Of a stretch of 64,000 nucleotides of DNA, positions 1 to 9,825 are shown in pieces (position 1 is the first letter of the stretch; each line of letters starts with the position of its first letter). The DNA is taken from UHGV virus genome UHGV-0033085, one strand, 5' to 3'. This DNA is from a virus. Both the position numbers and the translations under genes were made by a program. The notes under the pieces are model-generated. The model worked only from the letters and a program-made list of their open reading frames with translations. It was not told where the DNA came from and did not search any database.

Positions 1-2
1 AT

Positions 3-131
3 GCGTCAGATCGTGTTGCAGAAACCATAAAAAACATCATCAAAGAGCAGGCTATTAACACCGGTAATGAAATGGAGAACGCTGGTGAGGCTCTGGTGTG
101 GCTGGTCGACTACTACAAGGAGCGTATGTAA
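3..131 (+). CDS. 3' end of an upstream ORF (partial, function unknown)
   Basis: Open frame from window edge ending at TAA 129-131, overlapping next start (TAATG). Confidence 0.3.
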   Translation, partial: ASDRVAETIKNIIKEQAINTGNEMENAGEALVWLVDYYKERM

Positions 132-799
132 TGACCAAAAAGTTTGAAATCGTATATCGCGACCCGGCAGATCTTATTCCCTATGAGATGAATGCCAAAA
201 AGCATGATGAACAGCAGATCAGAGATCTGGCCGCAGCCATTAAAAAGCGTGGATTTGACCAGCCAATTACGGTCGATAAGAACGACGTAATTATTACTGG
301 CCACGGCCGCCGTGAGGCTGCAATTTTTGCTGGACTTGAGCGCGTACCGGTTATTGTTCGCGATGATCTCAGTGATGACGAGGTTCGTGCGAAGCGCCTT
401 GAAGATAACCGACTTGCCAGCATTGATTACGATGCAATTAAGCTACAGAAAGAGCTTGAGTCGCTTGTTCTGGACGATATCGAGGTTTTCGGCTTTGAAG
501 AGCGTGAGTTGAATGTTCTCGTTGGCAGTATGACAGAAGAAATGGACACCGACTCGCTAGTTATCGATCTTGGCGAAGAAACTAAACGACAGAAGGATGA
601 ACACACCGAGATCAGTCGTGAAGTTGCAGCGGAAGAAGTACGTGTTGTCGACGTATTGGGCTTTAAAACGCTCCCTGCTGGCTCTGCCATTGTTGTTGGT
701 GATTTGCTTGCCCACATGGAAGAAATGACAGGAGAAAGCGGGGTAGACGCATTTGTGGCATATGCGGAGAAGATCTCTTCCGGGGAGATGGCTGCATGA
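131..799 (+). CDS. ParB-like N-terminal (nuclease) domain protein
   Basis: ATG 131 with AAGGAG 8 nt upstream; motif VIITGHGRREAAIFAG resembles ParB GxRRxxA box; listed ORF 98..799 is an in-frame upstream extension. Confidence 0.6.
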   Translation: MTKKFEIVYRDPADLIPYEMNAKKHDEQQIRDLAAAIKKRGFDQPITVDKNDVIITGHGRREAAIFAGLERVPVIVRDDLSDDEVRAKRLEDNRLASIDYDAIKLQKELESLVLDDIEVFGFEERELNVLVGSMTEEMDTDSLVIDLGEETKRQKDEHTEISREVAAEEVRVVDVLGFKTLPAGSAIVVGDLLAHMEEMTGESGVDAFVAYAEKISSGEMAA

Positions 800-1434
800 G
801 CAAATACATCATCAACGTATCGTTTCAGACACGCGTAAATAAAACCACGCGCACGTTGGAAATCGCTGAGTCGTTCGGGCTTGGCCTGGACGAAAAAGAG
901 TGGACGCTTTACGACAATCTGGAGCTGGAAGTGAAGCAGGGCGATGTGGTGTACATCACCGGCCAATCCGGTTCCGGCAAATCCGTTGTGCTGCGCGAGT
1001 TGCAACGACAGATGAAGGATGAAGGGCTGTCTGTAGCCTCCATCGATGATTTTACCTTCGATAATGAGGTTAACGTCATCGATCAGTTGGGCAAAACGAC
1101 CAGTGATGCGCTTGGGTTGTTATCTATGGCTGGTCTGAACGATGCATATCTGTTTGTTCGCAAGCCTTCTGAAATGTCAGACGGTCAGAAATATCGTCTC
1201 AAGATTGCCAAACTGATTGAGTCAGGCGCTAAAGTGTGGGCTGCTGACGAGTTCGGTGCTGTTCTAGACCGTGTAACCGCTCAGGTTGTGGCATCTAACC
1301 TCCAGCGTGCCGCTCGAAAGGTTGGTGCGACGGTAATGGTGGCGACGACTCACGAAGACCTGAAGAACGCGCTGCGCCCGGATATGCAGATCACCAAGCA
1401 CTACAAAGAACGCGTGAAGGTGGAATATGCCTGA
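796..1434 (+). CDS. P-loop NTPase (ABC-like ATPase fold)
   Basis: Walker A GQSGSGKS, signature-like SDGQKYR, Walker B-like VWAADE; ATGA start/stop overlap with previous gene. Confidence 0.5.
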   Translation: MSKYIINVSFQTRVNKTTRTLEIAESFGLGLDEKEWTLYDNLELEVKQGDVVYITGQSGSGKSVVLRELQRQMKDEGLSVASIDDFTFDNEVNVIDQLGKTTSDALGLLSMAGLNDAYLFVRKPSEMSDGQKYRLKIAKLIESGAKVWAADEFGAVLDRVTAQVVASNLQRAARKVGATVMVATTHEDLKNALRPDMQITKHYKERVKVEYA

Positions 1435-1681
1435 TTTGAAAATTGTAGAGCTGAAGCCATCGAAAGAGGATGACAATAACAATGTTGAGGTCATCCGCTT
1501 GCTGGAAGAAGCACTCCAGTACGCCAGAGAAGGCAAATCCCAGAGTCTGGCGCTGCTGATGATCAATAGCGACGGCAGTGTTATGGATTGCTGGCATAAC
1601 GGTGGGCGTCCATACGTCATGGTTGGGGCGATGGAATCGCTTCGCCTGGACTTCATCAATGCCAATATAGAGCGCAGGTGA
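1427..1681 (+). CDS. hypothetical protein
   Basis: 84-aa ORF translationally coupled to flanking genes. Confidence 0.35.
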   Translation: MPDLKIVELKPSKEDDNNNVEVIRLLEEALQYAREGKSQSLALLMINSDGSVMDCWHNGGRPYVMVGAMESLRLDFINANIERR

Positions 1682-2577
1682 TCGACATGACAGACATCAT
1701 CATCAAACGCTACCGCCCGGAAGAGTTCCCGCGTCATCTGGACTTTCTGGAGCGTATGACCGTTGCCAAAGGTACGGTTGAAGACTGGCACGCTCTTAAG
1801 TCTCTTCACTACAAAACAGACGGCAAACCTTTCGCACCAACTTATTATCGCTGCGAACTGGATGGCCGTCTGGTGGGCGTCGTGGTAATGGCTTACCCGA
1901 AACTTTTGCTGGCACCTCGCCATCGCATGTTTCCTAAGTTGAAACCAACCACCAACACCACCGTGGCGAACCAGTACTGGGGGCGATACGTGAATAACAA
2001 CTTCGCGGTGATCAGTCGATCAGTTGTGGATACCCAGTACCGTGGCGTAGGCGTCTCTTATCGAATGATTAACCTGGTTAGCAGGATGCATGACCGGCCA
2101 ATCATTGAGATCCAGTCCTCGATGAGCAAATACAACCCCTTCGCCATGAAAGCAGGGTTCAGGTTCATCCGCCCTGAGCGACCGAAGAGCTATGAAAGTG
2201 CACTGCGTGTGTTCCAGCGCCATTTCCGCTCCGACCCGGGTGATAACGAAGCGATCGTCAAAGAGTTGTTCGCTATGAGCGATGCTCGTCGTCGCCGTGC
2301 ACTGCGTGATCTGGTGGCGGACTACCACAAGAACAGTTCTCTGGCAAAAGCTGGGCGGAATCGTGGCACGACGATTCAGGACATTGCCGACAGTCTGGTG
2401 GACGAGGCCAGCATTGTGAAGCTGCTCAAGGACATTCACAACCTGAGCTTTACGTCTCCGTTGTATGGCGTGTACCGAAACCCTGACTTTGGTCGTCGAC
2501 TGCCTGACACGCTGCCACTGCTGGCATTCGACAAACAACCTTTGGATAAACCGTTAGAAATTGCTTTACCGGCATAA
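1678..2577 (+). CDS. hypothetical protein (possible acetyltransferase-like motif)
   Basis: 299-aa ORF; segment VVDTQYRGVGVSYRMINL resembles GNAT motif A; weak. Confidence 0.35.
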   Translation: MIDMTDIIIKRYRPEEFPRHLDFLERMTVAKGTVEDWHALKSLHYKTDGKPFAPTYYRCELDGRLVGVVVMAYPKLLLAPRHRMFPKLKPTTNTTVANQYWGRYVNNNFAVISRSVVDTQYRGVGVSYRMINLVSRMHDRPIIEIQSSMSKYNPFAMKAGFRFIRPERPKSYESALRVFQRHFRSDPGDNEAIVKELFAMSDARRRRALRDLVADYHKNSSLAKAGRNRGTTIQDIADSLVDEASIVKLLKDIHNLSFTSPLYGVYRNPDFGRRLPDTLPLLAFDKQPLDKPLEIALPA

Positions 2578-2586
2578 GGATTTGCC

Positions 2587-2853
2587 ATGACGTTAACCGA
2601 TAAACAAAAGGACATCATCAAAACGCTCAATCTCGGTTATGAGCGAGGTCATCTACTTGATCTGGACGAATTGCTTGAAGTTTTGCCGTACAAGACAACC
2701 AAGCAAAGTATCCAGTTCTCAATTCGTGCTCTGATAAAAAAGGGGCTGGTGGAGAAAGGGCATACGCGCCAACGCAGTGACAATCGCTATCACCGCCGAA
2801 CTCTTGGGTTAACCACTTTAGGTCGAGCCAAAGCGAAGTTACTGGTGATGTAA
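2587..2853 (+). CDS. hypothetical small basic protein (possible DNA-binding)
   Basis: 88-aa ORF, lysine/arginine rich. Confidence 0.3.
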   Translation: MTLTDKQKDIIKTLNLGYERGHLLDLDELLEVLPYKTTKQSIQFSIRALIKKGLVEKGHTRQRSDNRYHRRTLGLTTLGRAKAKLLVM

Positions 2854-2877
2854 TCGGTCTGGGAGCTTATTTAAAGA

Positions 2878-2933
2878 CCTGCTTCTGTATATATAAATAA
2901 TAAGTAATTTATTAAATATATACGGAAGCAGGC
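2878..2933. repeat. 55-bp AT-rich palindromic element, copy 1 (near-identical copy at 35075-35129)
   Basis: CCTGCTTCTGTATATAT...ATATATACGGAAGCAGG inverted arms; 54/55 identical to second copy. Confidence 0.8.
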
Positions 2934-3049
2934 TTAATAAGACATGCCCAGACCTAATTAAACACCCCAGAAAACAAGTTGGTTAGCAGATGCAGTAAAC
3001 AAGTTGTTTTAGAGCGCATGGACGCGCTCTGTGTGTTTTAGAGGGATCT

Positions 3050-3682
3050 ATGACGGTCGAAAAAGACGAGGTAAAAACTCGCCTGACACCAGCGGAGTGG
3101 GCCGAAGCTGAAGCCAAATGGACGTCAGGCGAATATACACTCTCAAAGCTGGAGGAAGAGTACGGCATTCGTCGTGAAACACTCTCCAGACATTTCAAAA
3201 AGCGAGGATTAGAGAAAGGCGCGGACTCTGTTGGGAAGATGGTTCGTGAGTCTCTTAAATCTGACGCAGAGCTTCGCGCTAAAGCCCGTGCGGAAAAGAT
3301 AGAAGAACGTCGTACACGTTATGACGGCTGGGCGTATGCGTTGGGGCAGATGGTGATGGTCGAAGTCACTACGGCCAAACGTGATGGTAAGCCTTTAGGG
3401 GCGATTGAGGATTCTCTCAAGAGCTTACAGAGAGCCAGTAATACCCTTGCAAAATGCTTTGAAGTTTCGTCCAAAGCATTGGGCATGGATCATGCGGAAA
3501 ATGACGAGGAAGAAATTCCGAACCTGGTATTTGGTGAGCTTACGCCTTCCCAGGTGGCGAAATTACGTCAGGAAGACGACGAGCCTGAAATCATCGATGA
3601 CGAATTGCTTGAGACGTTGGAAGAAGAAGCTCTAAGCGAATTTGATGCGACAGATGATGGAAGTGAAGGGGAGGACGAATAA
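3050..3682 (+). CDS. terminase small subunit (putative)
   Basis: Immediately upstream of TerL with ATGA-type coupling; N-terminal helix-rich region, strongly acidic C-terminal tail. Confidence 0.55.
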   Translation: MTVEKDEVKTRLTPAEWAEAEAKWTSGEYTLSKLEEEYGIRRETLSRHFKKRGLEKGADSVGKMVRESLKSDAELRAKARAEKIEERRTRYDGWAYALGQMVMVEVTTAKRDGKPLGAIEDSLKSLQRASNTLAKCFEVSSKALGMDHAENDEEEIPNLVFGELTPSQVAKLRQEDDEPEIIDDELLETLEEEALSEFDATDDGSEGEDE

Positions 3683-4938
3683 TGGCAATCCCGTCCTCGC
3701 TCAGTCTTGTGCAACTGCATTCTGGACAGATGAAAGTCTTCCAGTCTCCGCATCGATTTAAAGTTGTTTGTGCTGGTCGACGCTGGGGAAAATCCCGGTT
3801 GTCGATCTCCACTATTATTCGTGCGGCGGCAAAGGAAAAAAAGCAAAGGGTCTGGTATGTCGCTCCTACTTACCAGATGGCTCGCCAGATTTTGTGGGAC
3901 GATCTACAGGAAGTTCTGCCTCGTAAGTGGGTTAGGAAAAAGAACGACACCACGATGACAATCGTGTTGAAGAACGGTTCGGAGATCGCCCTCAAAGGTG
4001 CTGATAAGCCTGACACTCTGCGCGGCGTAGCGTTGCATTTTGTAGTGCTTGATGAATTTCAGGATATGAAGGCTGACACCTGGTACAAGGTGTTACGACC
4101 TACTCTTTCATCGACACGCGGCGGTGCACTGATCATTGGTACGCCAAAAGGCTTCTCGGAATTTCACAAACTGTGGACTATAGGCCAGAACGTAGAGCTG
4201 CAAAGAAAGGGACAGTGGAAGAGCTGGCAGTTTGTAACTGCCGATTCTCCGTTTGTGCCTACGGCGGAAATTGAAGCTGCTAAGAACGATATGGACCCGA
4301 AATCGTTCGCTCAGGAGTACCTGGCGAGCTTTGAGAACATGTCCGGGCGCGTTTACTACCCGTTCGATCGTAACGTGCATGTAAAACCGCTTCAGTTCAA
4401 CCCTCGGTTGCCTATATGGGTAGGGCAGGACTTCAACATTGACCCGATGTCTTCAGTAATTTTGCAACCTCAGCCAAATGGTGAGCTATGGGCAATTGAT
4501 GAATTGGTGCTCTTTTCCTCTAACACGGCAGAGGTTTGTGATGAGCTTGAGAGACGCTTCTGGCGCTGGAAATCACAGATAACGGTATTTCCAGATCCGG
4601 CAGGTGCTTATCGCCAACATGCTCGCGGGGAGTCTGACGTCGACATTTTCAAAGAGAAGGGATTCTTACGTGTCGATTATTCGAAAAAGCACCCGCCAAT
4701 TGCGGATCGTGTTAATGCTGTTAACCGAATGCTGATGACCGCATCTGGAGATATCCGGTTGTATATCGATCCGAAGTGCAAGCATTTGATTGATTCACTG
4801 GAAAAAGTCATCTACAAGCCTGGAACACGAGATATGGATAAGACAGGTGGCATTGAGCATAGTGCAGACGCATTGGGCTATCCAGTACATCGTAGGTATC
4901 CAGTCAAAAACCGTGTTATTCTTGGTGGTTCTCGATAG
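3682..4938 (+). CDS. terminase large subunit
   Basis: Walker A CAGRRWGKS, Walker B VVLDEFQD, C-terminal nuclease-like region. Confidence 0.85.
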   Translation: MAIPSSLSLVQLHSGQMKVFQSPHRFKVVCAGRRWGKSRLSISTIIRAAAKEKKQRVWYVAPTYQMARQILWDDLQEVLPRKWVRKKNDTTMTIVLKNGSEIALKGADKPDTLRGVALHFVVLDEFQDMKADTWYKVLRPTLSSTRGGALIIGTPKGFSEFHKLWTIGQNVELQRKGQWKSWQFVTADSPFVPTAEIEAAKNDMDPKSFAQEYLASFENMSGRVYYPFDRNVHVKPLQFNPRLPIWVGQDFNIDPMSSVILQPQPNGELWAIDELVLFSSNTAEVCDELERRFWRWKSQITVFPDPAGAYRQHARGESDVDIFKEKGFLRVDYSKKHPPIADRVNAVNRMLMTASGDIRLYIDPKCKHLIDSLEKVIYKPGTRDMDKTGGIEHSADALGYPVHRRYPVKNRVILGGSR

Positions 4939-4964
4939 GTAGGTAATTATCTAAGGTTATTCAA

Positions 4965-6539
4965 ATGGAATTGAACGATAAACAAATTAAGGATCTGGTG
5001 GCGCGACGCCACCCGGAATACGAAAAGAAAAAAGAACATTGGGACTTCCTCGCCAGCACTTATGCTGGCGGGCGTGGTTGGTTTACAGACAATATCTTTC
5101 GTTACTTTAAAGAGGGAGATCAGGAGTTTAAGGAGCGAGTTGAGCGTGCTTATCGTTTCAACCACACTCGTGAGGTGGTAAACCTCATCAACAAATATCT
5201 CTTTAAAGAAGACATTCATAGAAATATCGAAGAGGCACCAGAGCAGATCCGCAATTTCTGGAAACGTGCGACTCGCCAGAATGCCTCTATTGACTCATTT
5301 ATGGCCGCTATTGATTTGCAGTCGTCTATTTACGGTCGCATATGGGTTGTTGTCGATAGCACGATGAGTGGTGATGTTGAGTCAGTAGCTGACGAGAAAA
5401 AGAAAGATGCTCGCGCCTACGCCTACTGGATTTCACCTCAGCAAATGCTGGATGTGGCATGGGACGACGACGGGAATATGTTGTGGGCGTTAATTGTGGA
5501 AGTCGCTCGTGATGACGCAGATCCTTTTACTTCTACAGGTCAGGAATACCAACGTTATCGTCTGTGGACACAAAACGAGTGGTATCTGTTCCGTGAGGAA
5601 GTGAAGAAGGGCGCTGGTGGAGCAGGTCGCCGTCAGGCAAAAGTTATTTTAGAGGATAGCGGTGAGCATAATCTCGGCGTAGTTCCTGTGTTTCCTGTTG
5701 ATTGTATTGGAGAAAGTGAATCACCGTATTTCAGCCCATCGTTGATCGATGATATCGCTTATCTTGATCGTGCGGTTGCAAACTATCTGTCAAACCTTGA
5801 TGCCATTATTCAGGATCAGACATTTAGCCAGTTGGCTATACCGGTACAGTCGCTTTTACCTGGTGATGAAAACCACACTAAAGTGCTTGAAATGGGCACA
5901 AAGCGAGTCTTCACCTACGATTCTGAAGGTGGAAACCAGCCGTTTTATCTGTCACCAGACCCGAAACAAGCTCAGATGATCATCACTACAATTAAGACGG
6001 TGATTAACGAAATCTACCATTCAGTTGGTGTAGCTGGTGAGCGAACGAAGCAGGACAACGCACAGGGAATCGATAATTCATCTGGTGCCGCAAAAATGTA
6101 TGACTTCCAGCGTGTAAATAGCTTGCTTGTCACAAAAGCAGAGCGTCTGGAAAGGGCTGAACGCCAAATCATGCTACTGGTTGCGAAATGGATGGGGGTA
6201 GATCTGGACGAAGACCACTCTTTAATTGCGTATCCAGAAAGTTTCGATATTCGTGGCCTTACTGATGAATTTTCTGTTGCCGAGAAACTGTCATTACTTC
6301 AGGCACCGGACTCTGTACGTCGTCACCAGATGGAAATGCTTATTGAGAAGATTTTCCCGAACATTACTGAGGCGATGAAAAAGGAATTTGATAAAGATCT
6401 CTTGAATTTTCCTCCAAAAAATGATCTAAATACCCTTGAAAATAAGTCAGTACTTACTTATGATCGTGGTGCAGCCCAAGAAAGCGGGCAAGATCAACCC
6501 CGAGGGAATGGGGACTCATCTACTCAAGAGAACGAGTGA
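4965..6539 (+). CDS. portal protein (putative)
   Basis: 524-aa ORF directly after TerL; position and size typical of portal. Confidence 0.6.
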   Translation: MELNDKQIKDLVARRHPEYEKKKEHWDFLASTYAGGRGWFTDNIFRYFKEGDQEFKERVERAYRFNHTREVVNLINKYLFKEDIHRNIEEAPEQIRNFWKRATRQNASIDSFMAAIDLQSSIYGRIWVVVDSTMSGDVESVADEKKKDARAYAYWISPQQMLDVAWDDDGNMLWALIVEVARDDADPFTSTGQEYQRYRLWTQNEWYLFREEVKKGAGGAGRRQAKVILEDSGEHNLGVVPVFPVDCIGESESPYFSPSLIDDIAYLDRAVANYLSNLDAIIQDQTFSQLAIPVQSLLPGDENHTKVLEMGTKRVFTYDSEGGNQPFYLSPDPKQAQMIITTIKTVINEIYHSVGVAGERTKQDNAQGIDNSSGAAKMYDFQRVNSLLVTKAERLERAERQIMLLVAKWMGVDLDEDHSLIAYPESFDIRGLTDEFSVAEKLSLLQAPDSVRRHQMEMLIEKIFPNITEAMKKEFDKDLLNFPPKNDLNTLENKSVLTYDRGAAQESGQDQPRGNGDSSTQENE

Positions 6540-6560
6540 TAAGTAACAAAAGGAATTTTT

Positions 6561-7448
6561 ATGAATCTGTGGCAAATGCTTTTGGCCCGTCGTGGTCTGA
6601 TGGATGTCGCTGAAGCGCATGAGCGTGGAGGCGCTGGCGGTGTAGCTGCTGATGATGAGCAGAGTACACAAGATCCTGACAAACAGGGTGAACAAAAAGA
6701 GCAGCCGAAGGGCGATGACGAATACGCTGGCATGACTCAGGAAGAGTTACTGGCCGAACTTCGTAAAACCAAGAAAGCTGGTGCTGAACTGCTGAAGGAG
6801 AACATGAAGCGCAAAGAGAAAGAGCGCACATTGGCCGATCAGCTTGCTCAGTACGGTGAAATCGACCCGGCGCGTGCTCGCCAGCTTTTAGAAGCTGAAC
6901 AGGCCGCAGAAAACGCACGTCGTGAGGCGGAGCAAGCTGAACTGGAGCGTCGTGGTGAGTTCGATGCTGTTAAAAAACAGATGATCGAAGCACACCAGGC
7001 AGAGCTGGCACAGCGTGACGAACGTTATGCAGCACTGGAAAGTGAAAACGCATCACTGAAATCTCAATTAGTCGAGATGACCGTGGGCGCTTCCTTCAGT
7101 AACTCTCTCTTCCTACGTGACAAAGTTCTGATGACTCCGGCAAAAGCCCGCGTGATCTACGGTTCTCATTTTGAAGTGGGTGAAGACGGTAGCGTAGTGG
7201 GTTATGACAAACCGGCAGGTCATAAAGAACGAGCTGTTCTGGTTGACGGTGAAGGTAAGCCGTTGCCGTTTGAATCCGCGATTGAACGCATTGTGCGGGC
7301 AGATCCGGAAGCTGACGCATTGATGCGTAGCGAAGCCAAGCAGGGTGTAGGCTCACATTCCAAATCGACCTACACAATATCCCGACCGAAGAACAAGTCG
7401 ACTATGGATAAGTTGGCCTCCGGTCTGGGGAAAATTGGACTTAAGTAA
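6561..7448 (+). CDS. scaffolding protein (putative)
   Basis: E/A/R/Q-rich predicted coiled coil between portal and capsid genes. Confidence 0.5.
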   Translation: MNLWQMLLARRGLMDVAEAHERGGAGGVAADDEQSTQDPDKQGEQKEQPKGDDEYAGMTQEELLAELRKTKKAGAELLKENMKRKEKERTLADQLAQYGEIDPARARQLLEAEQAAENARREAEQAELERRGEFDAVKKQMIEAHQAELAQRDERYAALESENASLKSQLVEMTVGASFSNSLFLRDKVLMTPAKARVIYGSHFEVGEDGSVVGYDKPAGHKERAVLVDGEGKPLPFESAIERIVRADPEADALMRSEAKQGVGSHSKSTYTISRPKNKSTMDKLASGLGKIGLK

Positions 7449-7473
7449 CATCTAAATCAAAGGGAATTGATAG

Positions 7474-8352
7474 ATGCCATTACTGCGTGAAGAAGCTGAA
7501 AAGCTGTCTAACAACGAACTCGAACAGGGTGTGATCGAAACCATCATTGATCGCGATGACCTGTTTGCCATCCTGCCTTTCATGAAGATCAATTCGAAGG
7601 CATATCTTTATAACCGCGAAAAAACCCTGAGCGAAGCTACTTTCATTGATGTGAACGACACCATCACCGAAGGTGCAGCAACCTTCGAAGAGAAAGTTGC
7701 GAAGCTGCGCATTCTGGCTGGCGACGTTGACGTCGACAAATTCCTGGCTACCACTATGGCTGATACCAACAACCAGCTGGCTATCCAGGTTCGTCAGAAA
7801 GTCAAAGGTCTGGCTCGTGCCTTCCGTCGCAATCTGATTGTTGGCGACTCCACCACTAACAACAAAGCCTTCGACGGTATTCCGAAGCTGATGCATGACG
7901 ATCAGAAGATCGACATCTCCGGCGCATCCATGACTTTCTCTATGTTCGACGAACTGGTCGACGCAGTTAAAGATCTGGGCGCAGACTGCATCATGATGCG
8001 TTCTGAGCATCTTCGCGCATATCGTGCGCTGCTGCGAACTGTAAACGTAGGCCCGTCCGAAATCATGATGGAAAACTTCGGTCGACCAATGCTGTGCCAT
8101 AACGGCGTTCCGTTTATCGTAAACGACTTCATTCCGGTTGCGGACTCCACCAAAGCGGATATCTACTGTCTGCACCTTTCTGAAGAAAACGGTGTAACTG
8201 GTCTGTACGGCGGCGAAAACGCCGGTATCGTTGTGGAAAACATCGGCACTGTTCAGAACAAAGACGCAGTACGTACTCGTGTGAAGTGGTACTGCTCTCT
8301 GGCCAATAAGCACGATAAGGCTATCGCTGCACTGACCAATGTAAAAATTTAA
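7474..8352 (+). CDS. major capsid protein (putative)
   Basis: 292-aa ORF after scaffold, followed by strong terminator; position and composition. Confidence 0.6.
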   Translation: MPLLREEAEKLSNNELEQGVIETIIDRDDLFAILPFMKINSKAYLYNREKTLSEATFIDVNDTITEGAATFEEKVAKLRILAGDVDVDKFLATTMADTNNQLAIQVRQKVKGLARAFRRNLIVGDSTTNNKAFDGIPKLMHDDQKIDISGASMTFSMFDELVDAVKDLGADCIMMRSEHLRAYRALLRTVNVGPSEIMMENFGRPMLCHNGVPFIVNDFIPVADSTKADIYCLHLSEENGVTGLYGGENAGIVVENIGTVQNKDAVRTRVKWYCSLANKHDKAIAALTNVKI

Positions 8353-8383
8353 TCAGTGCAGTAGATAAGTAATTATCTATGTT

Positions 8384-8414
8384 AAAGGGTGGGCTATACG
8401 CCCACCCTTTTTGT
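8384..8414 (+). terminator. rho-independent terminator after capsid gene
   Basis: AAAGGGTGGGC-loop-GCCCACCCTTT followed by TTTTG. Confidence 0.65.
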
Positions 8415-8425
8415 AGGAGCGAGAA

Positions 8426-9346
8426 ATGCCAGAACAAAAGATGAAGATTACGGAAGAGGCATTTTCGGATTTTACGGGGCATATGTGCCGTGCCGGATTT
8501 ACCAATTCTATCTCCGATGAACCTTTAACCGAGCGACAACAAAGTCAGCTATCTGCTTGTTTGCAGGCGGTTCCCTTCTCCCAATCCGTAAACATAACCC
8601 CGGCTTCACCGTCAGTTTTGGTTGGGAAAACTGTTCAACTTAGTGCAGGTATTACTATGGGTAAGAGTGCCAGTTCATTCACCTGGAAGTCAGCCAATGA
8701 TCAAATTGCAACCGTCAACGGCACTGGATTAGTAACTGGCGTAGCACCAGGCAAAGTGGAAATTACCGCAACTGATCAGGAAACCCAGCTTTCCGCATCA
8801 GTGGAAGTCACCGTAAATCCGGTAGCCGTTCAATCCGTAACGGTAACGCCAGACTCAACCTCTGTTGAGAAAGGGAAATCAGTCAGTCTGAAAGCGAATG
8901 TTCAGCCGTCAAATGCGACGAATAAGGCAGTTACCTGGTCTTCCAAAAATGAAGACAAGGCAACGGTAGACCAGAGCGGGAACGTTACTGGTGTAGAAGT
9001 TGGCACTGCGACGATTGAGATCGTTTCCCAAGATGGCAGCAAAAAGGCAACTGCAACGGTGGAAGTAACTGCGCCTGTTGTGGCTGTTACCGGCGTCGAA
9101 ATCGACCCAAATAGCACAACCGTTGAGGCAAACAAAACTGTTCAGCTGACCGCAAATGTCGAGCCGGCAGGAGCCACAAATAAAACCGTTACTTGGGAAT
9201 CCAAAAATACCGAGTTTGCAACGGTTGACAGCGAAACCGGTGTTGTAACTGGTGTTGCGGCTGGTACTGCCACAATCGAGGTTACTACCCAAGATGGTAG
9301 CCACAAAGCGACAGCAACTGTAGAAGTAACTGCCGCACAGGAATAA
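8426..9346 (+). CDS. Ig-like (Big_2-type) repeat protein, likely capsid decoration protein
   Basis: Three tandem repeats of the pattern VTxxP.S..V..GK.VQL.A.V.P..ATNK.VTW.S.N...ATVD..G.VTGV..G.ATI. Confidence 0.65.
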   Translation: MPEQKMKITEEAFSDFTGHMCRAGFTNSISDEPLTERQQSQLSACLQAVPFSQSVNITPASPSVLVGKTVQLSAGITMGKSASSFTWKSANDQIATVNGTGLVTGVAPGKVEITATDQETQLSASVEVTVNPVAVQSVTVTPDSTSVEKGKSVSLKANVQPSNATNKAVTWSSKNEDKATVDQSGNVTGVEVGTATIEIVSQDGSKKATATVEVTAPVVAVTGVEIDPNSTTVEANKTVQLTANVEPAGATNKTVTWESKNTEFATVDSETGVVTGVAAGTATIEVTTQDGSHKATATVEVTAAQE

Positions 9347-9390
9347 CCGATATTGGGCGGCTTTCGCCGCCCAAGTGGAGAGAAAGCGTT

Positions 9391-9825
9391 ATGAAACCAG
9401 CAAAAATTGTTTTATTAGAACCGCAATTTTCCGGTTATTCGGGAATGTTGTGCGGCGTTCAGTTCGAGAACGGGGTGTCCGTAGCGGAGTTGCCTTTTAT
9501 CGATCAGCAAAGGATTTGTGCCTCAATGCGAGCATCAACAGTCGAGGGCAAAAATGTTTCTCCGTCTGCCGCATACAGTGATCGTGGCGAGTTGACCGCA
9601 GACCTGATTACCGAGCCAGCAGCACCTAACATTGTACCAATGAAACGTGGGACACCAGATGAACCGGCCAAACAGATCCAGACTTTCACACGAGAAGAGC
9701 TGGAGTCAATTGCAGACAACGAAGGTATTGCCGGTCTACGAGTTATTGGTAATCAGGTTGGTGTCAAAGCGAAAGGAATTGTCGAAATGATTGACGGCAT
9801 CCTGAAAGCACAAGGCGGTGAGTAA
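9391..9825 (+). CDS. hypothetical protein (head module)
   Basis: 144-aa ORF with RBS. Confidence 0.35.
   Translation: MKPAKIVLLEPQFSGYSGMLCGVQFENGVSVAELPFIDQQRICASMRASTVEGKNVSPSAAYSDRGELTADLITEPAAPNIVPMKRGTPDEPAKQIQTFTREELESIADNEGIAGLRVIGNQVGVKAKGIVEMIDGILKAQGGE

Noticed and set aside
7480-8313. 277-aa minus-strand ORF antisense to the capsid gene, plus similar antisense ORFs in tape measure (14064-14540, 14973-15467) and major tail (12003-12644) genes
   Set aside because: Fully nested antisense to confident structural genes, no independent start signals
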